Origin: Microcystis aeruginosa NIES-843 | Lineage (GTDB): Bacteria > Cyanobacteriota > Cyanobacteriia > Cyanobacteriales > Microcystaceae | Direction of reading: 5' to 3' | Length of the DNA stretch: 32,000 bases | Assembly: GCF_000010625.1 (NCBI RefSeq) | Contig: NC_010296.1 | Coordinates: 690,001 to 722,000 of the forward strand | The notes under the pieces: generated by a model | Seen by the model: the letters and a program-made list of their open reading frames with translations, nothing else | Told to the model about the DNA's origin: nothing | Databases searched by the model: none | Shown here: one piece after another, positions 8,486-17,646 of the stretch | Numbering within the stretch: position 1 is the first letter of the stretch | Layout of the letters: each line of letters begins with the position of its first letter | Translations under genes and position numbers: made by a program

Positions 8486-8510
8486 CTAATACTAAATCCG
8501 TTTAGTATAG
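8486..8510. terminator. AT-rich hairpin between convergent PhyH and HepT genes
   Basis: CTAATACTAAA / TTTAGTATAG forms a stem of about 10 bp with one bulge and a 4-nt loop. There is no clear T tract. It lies 2 nt from the MITE D target site. Confidence 0.3.
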
Positions 8511-8518
8511 GCTACTTA

Positions 8519-8743
8519 GGGCTTGCTGAAAAAGTTTTTCCTGGGGGTAGGAGTCAGGAGTCAGGAGTCAGGAGCCGGTCGTTTCAGGCTTTGTTGCCCT
8601 TGTTTTTTGTACCAAGCGATGTACTACAAGAAGGATAATGCAAGGTTTTTGAAAGTCCCAATCCTATTTTCTTGCACTAACATCGGACTTTAACAGGTCA
8701 AAAGCTTTATTTTAAAAGGGTTTTACCATTATTCAGCAAGCCC
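8519..8743. mobile_element. MITE copy D (225 bp, variant core) with 6-bp TSD TACTTA
   Basis: Termini are GGGCTTGCTGAAAAAG ... ATTCAGCAAGCCC. TACTTA occurs at 8513-8518 and 8744-8749. The core contains (GGAGTCA)n and is unrelated to copies A-C. Confidence 0.75.
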
Positions 8744-9011
8744 TACTTAAATTAACTTGAAAATATTCGTGAGTTGCAACATTTCTCATTCCTGCCATTA
8801 AACGCCAAGGAATAAGAGGATAGCGAGACTGAATTTCCTTCGGTACATTTCTAGTTGCTTCTCCGATAATAATAAAATCATAGAGAACCGCTTTGATATT
8901 TGTTTGATTCTTGGCAAATTCCTCAAACGTCATTGCCTTTGTTCGCTGTTCAATTTCACTGATAGATTCTAAAATGTCTTGAAGGCGAAGTCGCCAATCT
9001 CTAGAAGGCAT
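8733..9011 (-). CDS. HepT (DUF86, HEPN) toxin of an MNT-HepT pair, short form
   Basis: It has the RNVATHEY Rx4H HEPN motif and an N-terminal WRLRLQDILESISEI typical of DUF86. Its start overlaps the MNT stop by 11 nt. The last 3 codons and the stop lie in MITE D. Confidence 0.75.
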   Translation of the reverse strand: MPSRDWRLRLQDILESISEIEQRTKAMTFEEFAKNQTNIKAVLYDFIIIGEATRNVPKEIQSRYPLIPWRLMAGMRNVATHEYFQVNLSRAC

Positions 9012-9315
9012 TGATCAGATCCTCAAGCACAGGTTCCCGTAAATGTTCTCTTAAGGCATCCTGAGTTCCTAAATCCACAGAGCATCCCAGAATATCTTCT
9101 AAATAATACTGTACTTGCAGAAGTTGAAAAAAACCACCTTGTCGATCGAATTCTACTAACAAATCTACATCACTATCGGCATCAGCTTCATCCCTGGCCA
9201 CTGAACCAAATAAAGACAAAGATTTCACCCCTAGTTTTTGTAACTGTTCTCGGTGTGCCTCTAGAATTGCCAGCACCTCGTCCCGTTTCATCTGGTGTGT
9301 CTTTGAACCTGCCAT
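9001..9315 (-). CDS. MNT nucleotidyltransferase antitoxin
   Basis: LSLFGSVARDEADADSDVDLLVEF is the GSxxRGx...DxD minimal nucleotidyltransferase motif. The likely start is the ATG at 9315 or 9291. The track's 9411 start adds 32 implausible residues. Confidence 0.8.
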   Translation of the reverse strand: MAGSKTHQMKRDEVLAILEAHREQLQKLGVKSLSLFGSVARDEADADSDVDLLVEFDRQGGFFQLLQVQYYLEDILGCSVDLGTQDALREHLREPVLEDLINAF

Positions 9316-9403
9316 CAATATTATAGCTTTGTCGGTGCAACCCTTAAACTGAAGCTGAAATCTTCCAAATCTACAAAACAAACTAATCACTGAAAACTCA
9401 CAT

Positions 9404-9424
9404 CTGATCACTGATCACTGATTA
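9404..9424. repeat. Heptamer array (CTGATCA x2, CTGATTA) containing the accA stop codon
   Basis: Three tandem 7-mers. The last unit's TTA (9422-9424) is the accA TAA on the minus strand. Confidence 0.8.
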
Positions 9425-10411
9425 AGCTGTAGCTTCTAAAAATACGCCTAAATTGCGGAATTTTTGATAACGAGATTCGCGCCGTTGTTGGGGAGTTAAC
9501 AAAGATAAAGCCTCTAAATTTTCACTAATAGCGGCTTTTAAATTGGCTGCCGCTCTAATCGGATCAGCATGGGCCCCTCTGGAGGGTTCAGGAACGATCT
9601 GATCGATAATATTTAACTCTTTTAAATCTTTTGAGGTAATTTTGAGGGCAACTGCTGCTTTATCGGATTTTTTGGCATCTTTCCAGAGAATGGCGGCACA
9701 AGCTTCGGGAGTCGCCACGGTATAGACAGAATGCTCTAACATTAACAGGCGATCGCCGACCCCAATGCCCAAAGCACCGCCCGAACCACCTTCGCCAATA
9801 ACAGTACAAATGATCGGCACATCTAAACGGAACATCTCCCGGAGGTTATAGGCGATCGCTTCTCCTTGACCTAATTTTTCCGCTTCCACCCCCGCCCAGG
9901 CGCCGGGGGTGTCAATAAAGGTTAAAATTGGCTGATTAAACTGATGGGCGTGTTCCATTAAACGCATGGCTTTACGATAACCCCCGGGGGCAGCCATGCC
10001 GAAATTTCTAGCCACATTATCCTTAGTATCCCGGCCTTTTTGATGCCCGATAATCACCACGGGACGACCGTTAAAACGGGCAACACCACCCACAAGAGCG
10101 GGATCGTCGTAACCACCGCGATCACCGTGTAACTCGAACCATTCATCGGTGATTGCTTGAATATAGTCTAGGGTACTGGGGCGCCGGGGATGACGGGCTA
10201 ATTGTAGCCTTTGGGAAGGGGTGAGATTGCTAAAAATCTCACGACGTAATTGATTAGCTCGTTCGTCTAGTTGAGTAATTTGTTCCGAGACATCTACGCT
10301 ATTTTCTTGGGCTAATTCTTTAATCTGTTCGATGCGGGATTCTAATTCGTAGAGGGGTTTCTCAAAATCTAGGAGAAAAATCTTTTTCTCGGTAGTCTCG
10401 TTTTTAGTCAT
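9422..10411 (-). CDS. accA: Acetyl-CoA carboxylase carboxyltransferase alpha subunit
   Basis: 329 aa. [20 protein letters not shown]..., [24 protein letters not shown] and [10 protein letters not shown] are canonical AccA blocks. Confidence 0.95.
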   Translation of the reverse strand: MTKNETTEKKIFLLDFEKPLYELESRIEQIKELAQENSVDVSEQITQLDERANQLRREIFSNLTPSQRLQLARHPRRPSTLDYIQAITDEWFELHGDRGGYDDPALVGGVARFNGRPVVIIGHQKGRDTKDNVARNFGMAAPGGYRKAMRLMEHAHQFNQPILTFIDTPGAWAGVEAEKLGQGEAIAYNLREMFRLDVPIICTVIGEGGSGGALGIGVGDRLLMLEHSVYTVATPEACAAILWKDAKKSDKAAVALKITSKDLKELNIIDQIVPEPSRGAHADPIRAAANLKAAISENLEALSLLTPQQRRESRYQKFRNLGVFLEATA

Positions 10412-10470
10412 AGGTTAGTGGCTAGAAGTTTACTTGGAGCTAAGTAGGTAGGCGTTAAAAATTATCAAAT

Positions 10471-10625
10471 ACCCCCCTTGTCAAGGGGGGATTAAGGGAG
10501 GATTAAGGGGGGATCGGCACCCCCCTTATCAAGGGAGATCCCCCCGCCTATCGGCACCCCCCTTATCAAGGGGGGCAGGGGGGATCAGAGGCAAAATCTA
10601 TCTTCAATTTAATTATAACTACTTA
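10471..10625 (+). repeat. Composite palindrome-rich repeat element (copy 1)
   Basis: It contains CCCCCCTT(G/A)TCAAGGGGGG hairpin units and a GATCCCCCCGCCTATCGGCA unit, with the tail GATCAGAGGCAAAATCTATCTTC...ATTATAACTACTTA. The reverse complement recurs at 23967-24105. Confidence 0.6.
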
Positions 10626-10772
10626 CTTAATCTTTTCTAGCTTAACGTTTTTCAGCGATCGATTATCGGCAGCTTCGGGATTACCTGGAGATAATTTCAG
10701 GTTATCGATCGAATTTTGTCAATTGTTGTATAATGATAGATCGTGCCTTTTTCACCCCAAGGAGGATTAGTT

Positions 10773-11720
10773 ATGGCAGGAAGTGAACTAAAAGCGGATC
10801 TATGGGTTAACGAATATATTACCCCCTGGGACATTTATAGTCATGGGGTTTCGCGGATTTTAGCCTACAAAAAAACCGCTTTTCAGGAGATGTATATTGT
10901 TGAGTCGGGGGCCTATGGAAAAGCCTTGGTACTGGATGGCAAATGGCAATCTTGTACGGGGGATGAATTTATTTATCATGAAGCATTAGTGCAACCGGCA
11001 ATGATTGCCCACCAAGAACCAAAAACTGCTTTAATTCTGGGAGGTGGTGAAGGTGCGACAACGCGGGAGTTATTGCGTTGGAAAACAATCGAAAAAGTGA
11101 TGATGATTGATATCGATGGGGATGTGGTGGCAGCTTGTAAGGAACATCTTCCCGAAATGCACCAAGGTACTTTTGATGATCCTCGTTTTCAGTTAGTTGT
11201 CGCTGATGCTTTAGAAGTTTTAGACACCACTAACGATCAATGGGATATTATTATCTCCGATCTGGTTGATCCCATCGAAGAGGGTCCTTCTTTCCCCCTA
11301 TTCACGAAAGAATACTTTGAAAAACTACAAAGAGTTTTGGCAGAAAATGGCATTGTTGTTGTCCAATCTGGCCCGGTTTCTCCTCCTTCGGTGATGTATC
11401 ATGCGCGTTTGGTGAATACTTTAAAAGCAGTTTTTCCCTACGTTCATTCCTATTGCGCTCCCACTCCTAGTTATGGTTCCCCTTGGGGTTTTACTCTCTG
11501 TGCTAATCATCCTTTAAATACTCGTCCCGATCCGGACGTGGTAGATGAATTAATCAGCGATACAACTACGGGAGGATTACGTTTAATTGATGGCATGAGT
11601 TTACTAGGAATGTTACAAACTCCTCTCTATATTCGTCAAGCAATCGCACAAAATACGGAAGTTTATACCCTGGCAAAACCCCCGAAATTCTTCGGTCAAG
11701 GAGTAATCAGTGACCAGTAA
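10773..11720 (+). CDS. speE: Polyamine aminopropyltransferase (spermidine synthase-like)
   Basis: The ATG at 10773 is preceded by AAGGAGGA (the track's start at 10743 is GTG). LILGGGEGATTRELLRW, MMIDIDGDVV and IISDLVDP are SpeE SAM-fold motifs. Confidence 0.85.
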   Translation: MAGSELKADLWVNEYITPWDIYSHGVSRILAYKKTAFQEMYIVESGAYGKALVLDGKWQSCTGDEFIYHEALVQPAMIAHQEPKTALILGGGEGATTRELLRWKTIEKVMMIDIDGDVVAACKEHLPEMHQGTFDDPRFQLVVADALEVLDTTNDQWDIIISDLVDPIEEGPSFPLFTKEYFEKLQRVLAENGIVVVQSGPVSPPSVMYHARLVNTLKAVFPYVHSYCAPTPSYGSPWGFTLCANHPLNTRPDPDVVDELISDTTTGGLRLIDGMSLLGMLQTPLYIRQAIAQNTEVYTLAKPPKFFGQGVISDQ

Positions 11721-11777
11721 TCAGTTATCAGTAATCAGTAATCAGTAATCAGTTATCAGTTATCAGCTATCAGTAAA
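11701..11777. repeat. Heptamer array, 11 units of CAGT(A/T)AT type
   Basis: GAGTAAT CAGTGAC CAGTAAT CAGTTAT CAGTAAT x3 CAGTTAT x2 CAGCTAT CAGTAAA. The first three units encode the last residues (GVISDQ) and the stop of the speE-like gene. Confidence 0.9.
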
Positions 11778-11789
11778 TAAGGGTTATAA

Positions 11790-14072
11790 CTAGAAATCGA
11801 TCGAGTCTTCATGATTAAGAATTGCTTGCAGTATTTCTAGGGGAACAGTAGCAAAGTATTGCTGGAGAAAGTTTTCTAGGGCCACCGCTTCTAGAAATTG
11901 TTCAATCTTATTAATTTTTGCCTCATGATTGACTAATTCAAAGGATAAATTTTCTTGATTTTTCTTGACTTTAAAGCCATTTTCTGCTAGGGAAATTAAT
12001 CCTAATTCTAGGGTATGATAGCTGAGGTTTAAGCGGTTTTGTAATTGTTGACAGGAAATGCTGGTTTTAGTTCTAGCTAAATATTTCCCGATCCCGACAA
12101 GGTTTATCCATGTGGTGTGAGCGGATTTTTTCAAAGGACTAGCATAGGCAAGAACTAACTTTTTATCCCGTAAAATTGCCTGTTGATATTCCCTGGAAAG
12201 TTTTGTCCAATCCCGGGGACATTCCCAGAGAAAAAGTGGATTTAATTGGCTAACTTCTTGACTAATTTCTCGATGGCGATTGTCGATTAAAAAATCTTTT
12301 TTATTGCTATAGGTTAGGGATTCTTGTTGATAGGGATGCAAGGCAATTAAGCGCACTTCATAGCGATTTTTGTAGGTATTAAAATCTAATTCGACTACGG
12401 CATCATAACGGGTATCGGCAGCAATTTCGTCTTTGTGATGACCCCACCACATACCGGGGAAACCCTGCTCGATTGAACTATCCCAGATCTCAAAAGTTGT
12501 CCGGGGATAAGCGATTTTTCTGCCTTTGAAATCCTCAAGATTTTTATGCCAAAGATTGTGAAAATAACAATTTTGAATTAATAGCTTCGGTGTCGGATTA
12601 CCCATCCCGCATGGTTCCAGTAATTTTAATTCTCTAAATAGACTTTTTCCCAATTGGGAAACCGTCACCACCGCAGCCACTTCTATCTCGGAAGAAAGGG
12701 AAGTTAAATCAATTCCTGTGCGTCGCAACTGTTGATTAATCCCCTCAATAAATAGGGGTAAATTTTCTAGAGCTAAACTTAAACCTGCGGCCAAAGGATG
12801 ACCACCAAAACGATGTAAAAGATGGGATTGAGAGGATACTAATTGATAAAGATCGATCTCGCGAATTGACCTAGCGGAACCCTTAGCAAAAGGTGGTTCA
12901 CTGGTACTTAATAAAATTGTCGGTCGCTGGTATTCTTGGGCAATTTGTCCCGCAACTAATCCTAAAATTCCCGCCATCCATTGGGGATCATCTAAAATAA
13001 TTACATTAGTGGTGGAAAGATCAATTCTTTCTAGTTTTTTCTGAACTTGTTTAATAATATCCCGTTGGATTTCTTGGCGACGAATATTGGCCAATTCCGC
13101 TTGTTCAGCTAATTCGTGACAACGTTTTTCATCTTCACTGGTAAGTAATTCCACACAAAATCTGGCATCGCCATAAATGCGACTGACGGCATTAATGCGC
13201 GGTCCAATACCGAAGGATATATCCATCGGTCTATCTCCGGTTTTGTTACATAAATCCAGTAATTTTTTAACTCCCAAACGCTGAGTGTTTTGCAGTTTTT
13301 TAAGACCTTTTTGGGCTAAATAACGACATTCTCCCGTCAATTTGACTAAATCGGCAATTAAACCAATCGCAACTAAATCGAGTAAATTTTCTAGGGGTTT
13401 TCTGGGAATATCTGCCAGGGTTAAATACATCGCTTCCACTAATTTATAAGCAACGGCAACCCCAGAAAGATGATAGAAAGGATGGGTTTCCACAAAGTAG
13501 CGGGGATTAATCAGGGCAATCACCTCGGGGCGCTCGTCGGGTAGGGTATGATGATCGGTGATGATAATATCGATACCTAGACTGTTTGCATAGTCAATTT
13601 CGGCGATATTCGTGCTTCCCGTGTCACAGGTGACGATTAAACTGGTTCCTTGATGCGCTAGTTTCTCGATACCAGGACAATTGAGGCCGTGGGATTCTTT
13701 TTGGCGATCGGGTATGTAATAATCTAACTGTTGATCAGCTGGGAAAAACTGCCCTAATCCTTCCCAGAGGACAGTGGTAGCGGTGACACCATCGGCATCG
13801 AAATCACCCCAAATAGTCACTTTTTCGCCTTTATTTAGGGCTTTTTCCAGTCTTTTGACGGCGAAGTTCATTTCTTGCCCAAAATCAAAGGGAGTTTTTG
13901 ACTGATAAGCTTTCTCATCCAGAAACGTCCCCAGAGTCGCCATATCCCGGACACCGCGATGCCATAATATTTGTGCCACGACGCTGCCATCCGACTCTGG
14001 GGTGTAGTCTTGGACTATTTTTAAAAACTCTTGGGGAAGAGACACCGATGGGGGAATTTGCCAGTTAGACAC
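11790..14072 (-). CDS. recJ: Single-stranded-DNA-specific exonuclease RecJ
   Basis: 760 aa. It has DHH-family motifs GDFDADGVTAT, TCDTGS and ITDHHTLP, a DHHA1 GGHPLAAG motif, and a long C-terminal extension. Confidence 0.9.
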   Translation of the reverse strand: MSNWQIPPSVSLPQEFLKIVQDYTPESDGSVVAQILWHRGVRDMATLGTFLDEKAYQSKTPFDFGQEMNFAVKRLEKALNKGEKVTIWGDFDADGVTATTVLWEGLGQFFPADQQLDYYIPDRQKESHGLNCPGIEKLAHQGTSLIVTCDTGSTNIAEIDYANSLGIDIIITDHHTLPDERPEVIALINPRYFVETHPFYHLSGVAVAYKLVEAMYLTLADIPRKPLENLLDLVAIGLIADLVKLTGECRYLAQKGLKKLQNTQRLGVKKLLDLCNKTGDRPMDISFGIGPRINAVSRIYGDARFCVELLTSEDEKRCHELAEQAELANIRRQEIQRDIIKQVQKKLERIDLSTTNVIILDDPQWMAGILGLVAGQIAQEYQRPTILLSTSEPPFAKGSARSIREIDLYQLVSSQSHLLHRFGGHPLAAGLSLALENLPLFIEGINQQLRRTGIDLTSLSSEIEVAAVVTVSQLGKSLFRELKLLEPCGMGNPTPKLLIQNCYFHNLWHKNLEDFKGRKIAYPRTTFEIWDSSIEQGFPGMWWGHHKDEIAADTRYDAVVELDFNTYKNRYEVRLIALHPYQQESLTYSNKKDFLIDNRHREISQEVSQLNPLFLWECPRDWTKLSREYQQAILRDKKLVLAYASPLKKSAHTTWINLVGIGKYLARTKTSISCQQLQNRLNLSYHTLELGLISLAENGFKVKKNQENLSFELVNHEAKINKIEQFLEAVALENFLQQYFATVPLEILQAILNHEDSIDF

Positions 14073-14133
14073 GGGATATCAAGGAAAAAGTAAAAAAGGT
14101 GACAGTTTTTGTGATTTTCCCTATCTCCATTTA

Positions 14134-14345
14134 GGGCTTGCTGAATAAATGTGAAATGTAGGCAAGGTAAGGGTTTTGTGGCTTTTCTCGCGAAACAGGT
14201 GCAAGATTTTGAGAGAATCGTGCTTCAAAACCTTGCGTCTTCATCAGCCCGCGTCCTGTAGGGGCGAAGCATTCGGACAATAACCTATCGGTGAAACCGT
14301 AGATTTTCTATCCGAATGCTTCGCCCGTACTTTTTCAGCAAACCC
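14134..14345 (+). mobile_element. MITE copy B (212 bp) with 6-bp TSD CATTTA
   Basis: It has the same termini and core as copy A. CATTTA occurs at 14128-14133 and 14346-14351, and the right TSD copy includes the moaD stop codon. Confidence 0.85.
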
Positions 14346-14348
14346 CAT

Positions 14349-14603
14349 TTAGCCACCACTAACGGGGGGAATTAAAACTATCTCATCGCCATTTTTGAGG
14401 ATTTTCTCTCCCGAAACAAACTGAAGATTAACTCCAAAACGAGTAACATCGCGCCATCTTTCTAATTGAGGATAGGGGGCTATAATATAGTTTAACACTT
14501 CTGTAACGGAAGTGTGGGCAGGAAATTCGAGGTTTAATTGTGAAGTTTGATAGACTTCTTGATAAATAGCAAATAGTTTCACTGTGATCGTAATCTTTTC
14601 CAT
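14349..14603 (-). CDS. moaD: Molybdopterin synthase sulfur carrier subunit MoaD (ThiS/MoaD beta-grasp)
   Basis: 84 aa. It ends DGDEIVLIPPVSGG with the C-terminal Gly-Gly typical of MoaD. Its length and pattern match MoaD. Confidence 0.8.
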   Translation of the reverse strand: MEKITITVKLFAIYQEVYQTSQLNLEFPAHTSVTEVLNYIIAPYPQLERWRDVTRFGVNLQFVSGEKILKNGDEIVLIPPVSGG

Positions 14604-14622
14604 CTTTACATCAATATTTTTC

Positions 14623-17600
14623 CTAGGATAATAACATTAATTGAGAACCCTGTTCGGTTTTGCGGACTTCGATGCGATGTTGAAAAGCTTCTTTAAATTG
14701 GGGCATATGAGTTACAGTCAAAATACAGGCAAAATCAGCGGATATAGCATTAATTGCCGCAATTAAGCGATCGCATCCTTCCGCATCCTGAGTTCCGAAT
14801 CCTTCGTCAACAATGAGCATTTGTAAGGCTGTTCCGGCTCTTTGTGCCAATAATCTCGCTAAAGCTAATCGAATCGAGAAATTAATCCGAAAAGCTTCTC
14901 CTCCTGAATAGGTTTCGTAGGGACGAGAGCCGCGGGTATCGCCAATAATAATATCTAAAGTATCGATTAACTTTTGTCGCTGTTTCTTCGTACCTTTACC
15001 GCTTTTTTGGGTTAAAAACTGCACATGAAATTGATTACCAGTTAAGCGAGCTAAGATATGATTAGTTTGGGCTTCTAACTCAGGTAAAATATTCTCAATC
15101 ATCAGAGTTTGTAAACCATTTTTACCGAAAGCTATGGCTAACTCTTTATAAACTGTATATTGTTTTTTAACTTTAGCTAAATCGCCCTCTTTTTCTGTCA
15201 GTTGTTTACCTAAAGTTTCTAGTTGATGTAATTTCTCCTCAACCCGACCTTTTTGGGAGAGCAATCCATCAATTATCTGTCTTCGCTGTTGAATATTGGT
15301 CGATAATGCGGCTATTTCTTGGCGATAGTCAGTCAAAGTACCAATCTTTTGACTAATATTTGCTAACTCCTGATTCAGCTTCTGGCGATCCTGATTTCGC
15401 AGCTGTAATCTTTGCTCAATCTCAGCGATTTTAGCGGCTATTTCCGGATAATTTTTTTCTGCTTGTTGCCAGTCTTGATACTGTAATCTTACCCCCTGTA
15501 ATTGTCGGATCAGATTTTGAATATTCTGATGTTCACTGCGATCATAATTTAAGTTTTGAATAAACTTTTCTAAGCGTTCAACTTCCTGTTTAAGTGGTGA
15601 GTTTTGACCTAGTTCTTGCTTCTCTTGTTCTAGTCTAGCTAATTGATTAATTAAATTAGGTTTCTCGGCCTTGATATTAGCTAAACGACGGTTTGCTTGC
15701 TTAAGTTCTGATTCTTGAATTTCTGCCCAACGCCATCTTTTTTCTTCTCCTCTGACTAAAGCATGACTTTGTTCATCATAGTTTAAAAAGGCGATTTCTT
15801 GATTGACAATTTGTAATTCTTGCTGTAATTCTAGGGCATAATTGCCACTGCTTAAAAGTGCTTCTAACTGGACAAGTATCTCCTCGGTTTTCTCTAGTTC
15901 TATTTCCTTTTCTTCAATAGTTTCTAACTTGACTTCCAACTGCACATATTTTTGTTGTAGATTCGATCTTGCTGGCAATTCTTGTTTAATTTGGGCTAAT
16001 TCCTCCCCTAAACGTTTTAAATCTCGATCGCAGTCTGCCATCCTTTCCTGTAGGGACCAGATTTGCTCTTGAATTTGTTCTTGATGTTGATGGGTTTTCC
16101 TGATTACTTGATGACGGTGATGACTGTCTAAATTCTGTTCACACAGAGGACAAACCGAATCGGGAATATTTAATTTTTCCAATTTATCAGTTAACTCTAA
16201 AAGTTGTTCTTCATATCTTTTCTGTTGCTCCAATAAACTTTTTTTATCCACTTGTTTAAGAGTTTCCTTTTCTTCAACTCGTTCACAATAGGTTTGTTTT
16301 TTATCCAGTTCCTTAATCCGTTTGGCTAAATTGAGAGCTTCCTCTCTTAGTAGAGGAATACGAGCGATTTCTGTCTCTAATTGTTGCCGATTTCTTTGCA
16401 GTTGTTCCCAACGAGCATTGATCTTAGCTTTTTCCCGTTCCAACTGCATATTTAAATCAGCTTTTCGGCTATTTAAAGGAGCATATTTTAAAGCTAATCT
16501 ATCCAATTCCTGAAGACGTTGACGATGATAATTTAATTTCTCTAATCCTGCTTGAATATCCCCCGCTTGCTCGATAATTTTTTGAGTTTCTTGTTCCTGT
16601 CTTCCCAATTCTTCTAAACGAGCGCTCGTTTGTTGGATGGGAAGGGTAAATTCGTTAATTTTTTGCTGTAATTTCTGTTCTAATTGTTGTTTATCATACT
16701 GGGCCTGTTGCCAAGCTTGCAATTGACTTGACAAACTGGCCTCTTTCTTGTCTAAATTGATTAGGCGCTCGTGTGCAGTAATAATGTCATTTTTGCGATG
16801 AAGAATAGTCCTAATTTGATTTAATTGATTGTCTAGACTAACTTTTTCCCGGTCTAATCTCTCGATTTCTGCTAATAAAGCTCGCTCCTGTTCTCTTTGC
16901 CACTGCAGCTGTTTTTCCCAATTCTGACGCTGATTTTCTTCCCCCTGTAGTTGCTGTAAACGCCGATTATTTACCTCTTGTTCTTGATTAATTTGGTTAA
17001 TTTGGGTGCTTAACTCTTGCAGCTGTTGCTGATAAGAATTTTTCTCCTGAAGACGGAGTTTGATAGTTTCTACTTGCTGCTCGATCTGGAGGGACTGTCC
17101 ATCAAATTGTTTCGATATATCCTTGGCTTTATTTGCTAAAATTTCATAGCGATCGAGTTGTAATAATTCTGCTAAAATCTGTTTACGACCACTGGGAGGC
17201 TGTTTCATAAACTCGTCCGCTTGTCCCTGCCGTAAATAAGCAGAATTAATGAAAGTTTTATGGTCTATTTTCAGATAAGTATTAATCTGTGCTTGAGTAT
17301 CTTTAATACTTTTACCCGATAAAGGACGAAAACTCTGATCATTAATCACCTGAAAATCTAAACCAGAAGCTTTCCCTCCCCGGTGACGACTACGGATAAT
17401 TTTATAGATTTCTCCCCCATAACTAAACTCGAAATCTACCCGCGCATAATCGCTGCCCGCATGAATCACATCATCAGCAATCGAGGTGCGACTTTCTCCC
17501 CAAATTGCCCAAGTAATTGCTTCGAGTAAAGAGGATTTTCCCGCACCATTGGCACCACAAATACAGGCAGTATGTAATCCGCGAAAATCTAGCACTGCCT

Positions 17601-17646
17601 CGCGATAACTGAGAAAATTTTTCAGGGTTAATTGTAGGGGAATCAT
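14623..17646 (-). CDS. sbcC: SbcC/Rad50-family DNA repair ATPase
   Basis: 1007 aa. It has an N-terminal Walker A (GANGAGKSSLLEAI), a very long Q/E/L coiled coil with a CPLC zinc hook, an SGGE signature and the Walker B LIVDEGFGTQD. Confidence 0.9.
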   Translation of the reverse strand: MIPLQLTLKNFLSYREAVLDFRGLHTACICGANGAGKSSLLEAITWAIWGESRTSIADDVIHAGSDYARVDFEFSYGGEIYKIIRSRHRGGKASGLDFQVINDQSFRPLSGKSIKDTQAQINTYLKIDHKTFINSAYLRQGQADEFMKQPPSGRKQILAELLQLDRYEILANKAKDISKQFDGQSLQIEQQVETIKLRLQEKNSYQQQLQELSTQINQINQEQEVNNRRLQQLQGEENQRQNWEKQLQWQREQERALLAEIERLDREKVSLDNQLNQIRTILHRKNDIITAHERLINLDKKEASLSSQLQAWQQAQYDKQQLEQKLQQKINEFTLPIQQTSARLEELGRQEQETQKIIEQAGDIQAGLEKLNYHRQRLQELDRLALKYAPLNSRKADLNMQLEREKAKINARWEQLQRNRQQLETEIARIPLLREEALNLAKRIKELDKKQTYCERVEEKETLKQVDKKSLLEQQKRYEEQLLELTDKLEKLNIPDSVCPLCEQNLDSHHRHQVIRKTHQHQEQIQEQIWSLQERMADCDRDLKRLGEELAQIKQELPARSNLQQKYVQLEVKLETIEEKEIELEKTEEILVQLEALLSSGNYALELQQELQIVNQEIAFLNYDEQSHALVRGEEKRWRWAEIQESELKQANRRLANIKAEKPNLINQLARLEQEKQELGQNSPLKQEVERLEKFIQNLNYDRSEHQNIQNLIRQLQGVRLQYQDWQQAEKNYPEIAAKIAEIEQRLQLRNQDRQKLNQELANISQKIGTLTDYRQEIAALSTNIQQRRQIIDGLLSQKGRVEEKLHQLETLGKQLTEKEGDLAKVKKQYTVYKELAIAFGKNGLQTLMIENILPELEAQTNHILARLTGNQFHVQFLTQKSGKGTKKQRQKLIDTLDIIIGDTRGSRPYETYSGGEAFRINFSIRLALARLLAQRAGTALQMLIVDEGFGTQDAEGCDRLIAAINAISADFACILTVTHMPQFKEAFQHRIEVRKTEQGSQLMLLS

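Noticed and set aside
15842-16513. Plus-strand ORFs inside sbcC (15842-16072 and 16322-16513).
   Set aside because: They are antisense to the coiled-coil region of sbcC. They are low-complexity S/F/C-rich translations of a Q/E/L-rich gene, which is typical of shadow ORFs.
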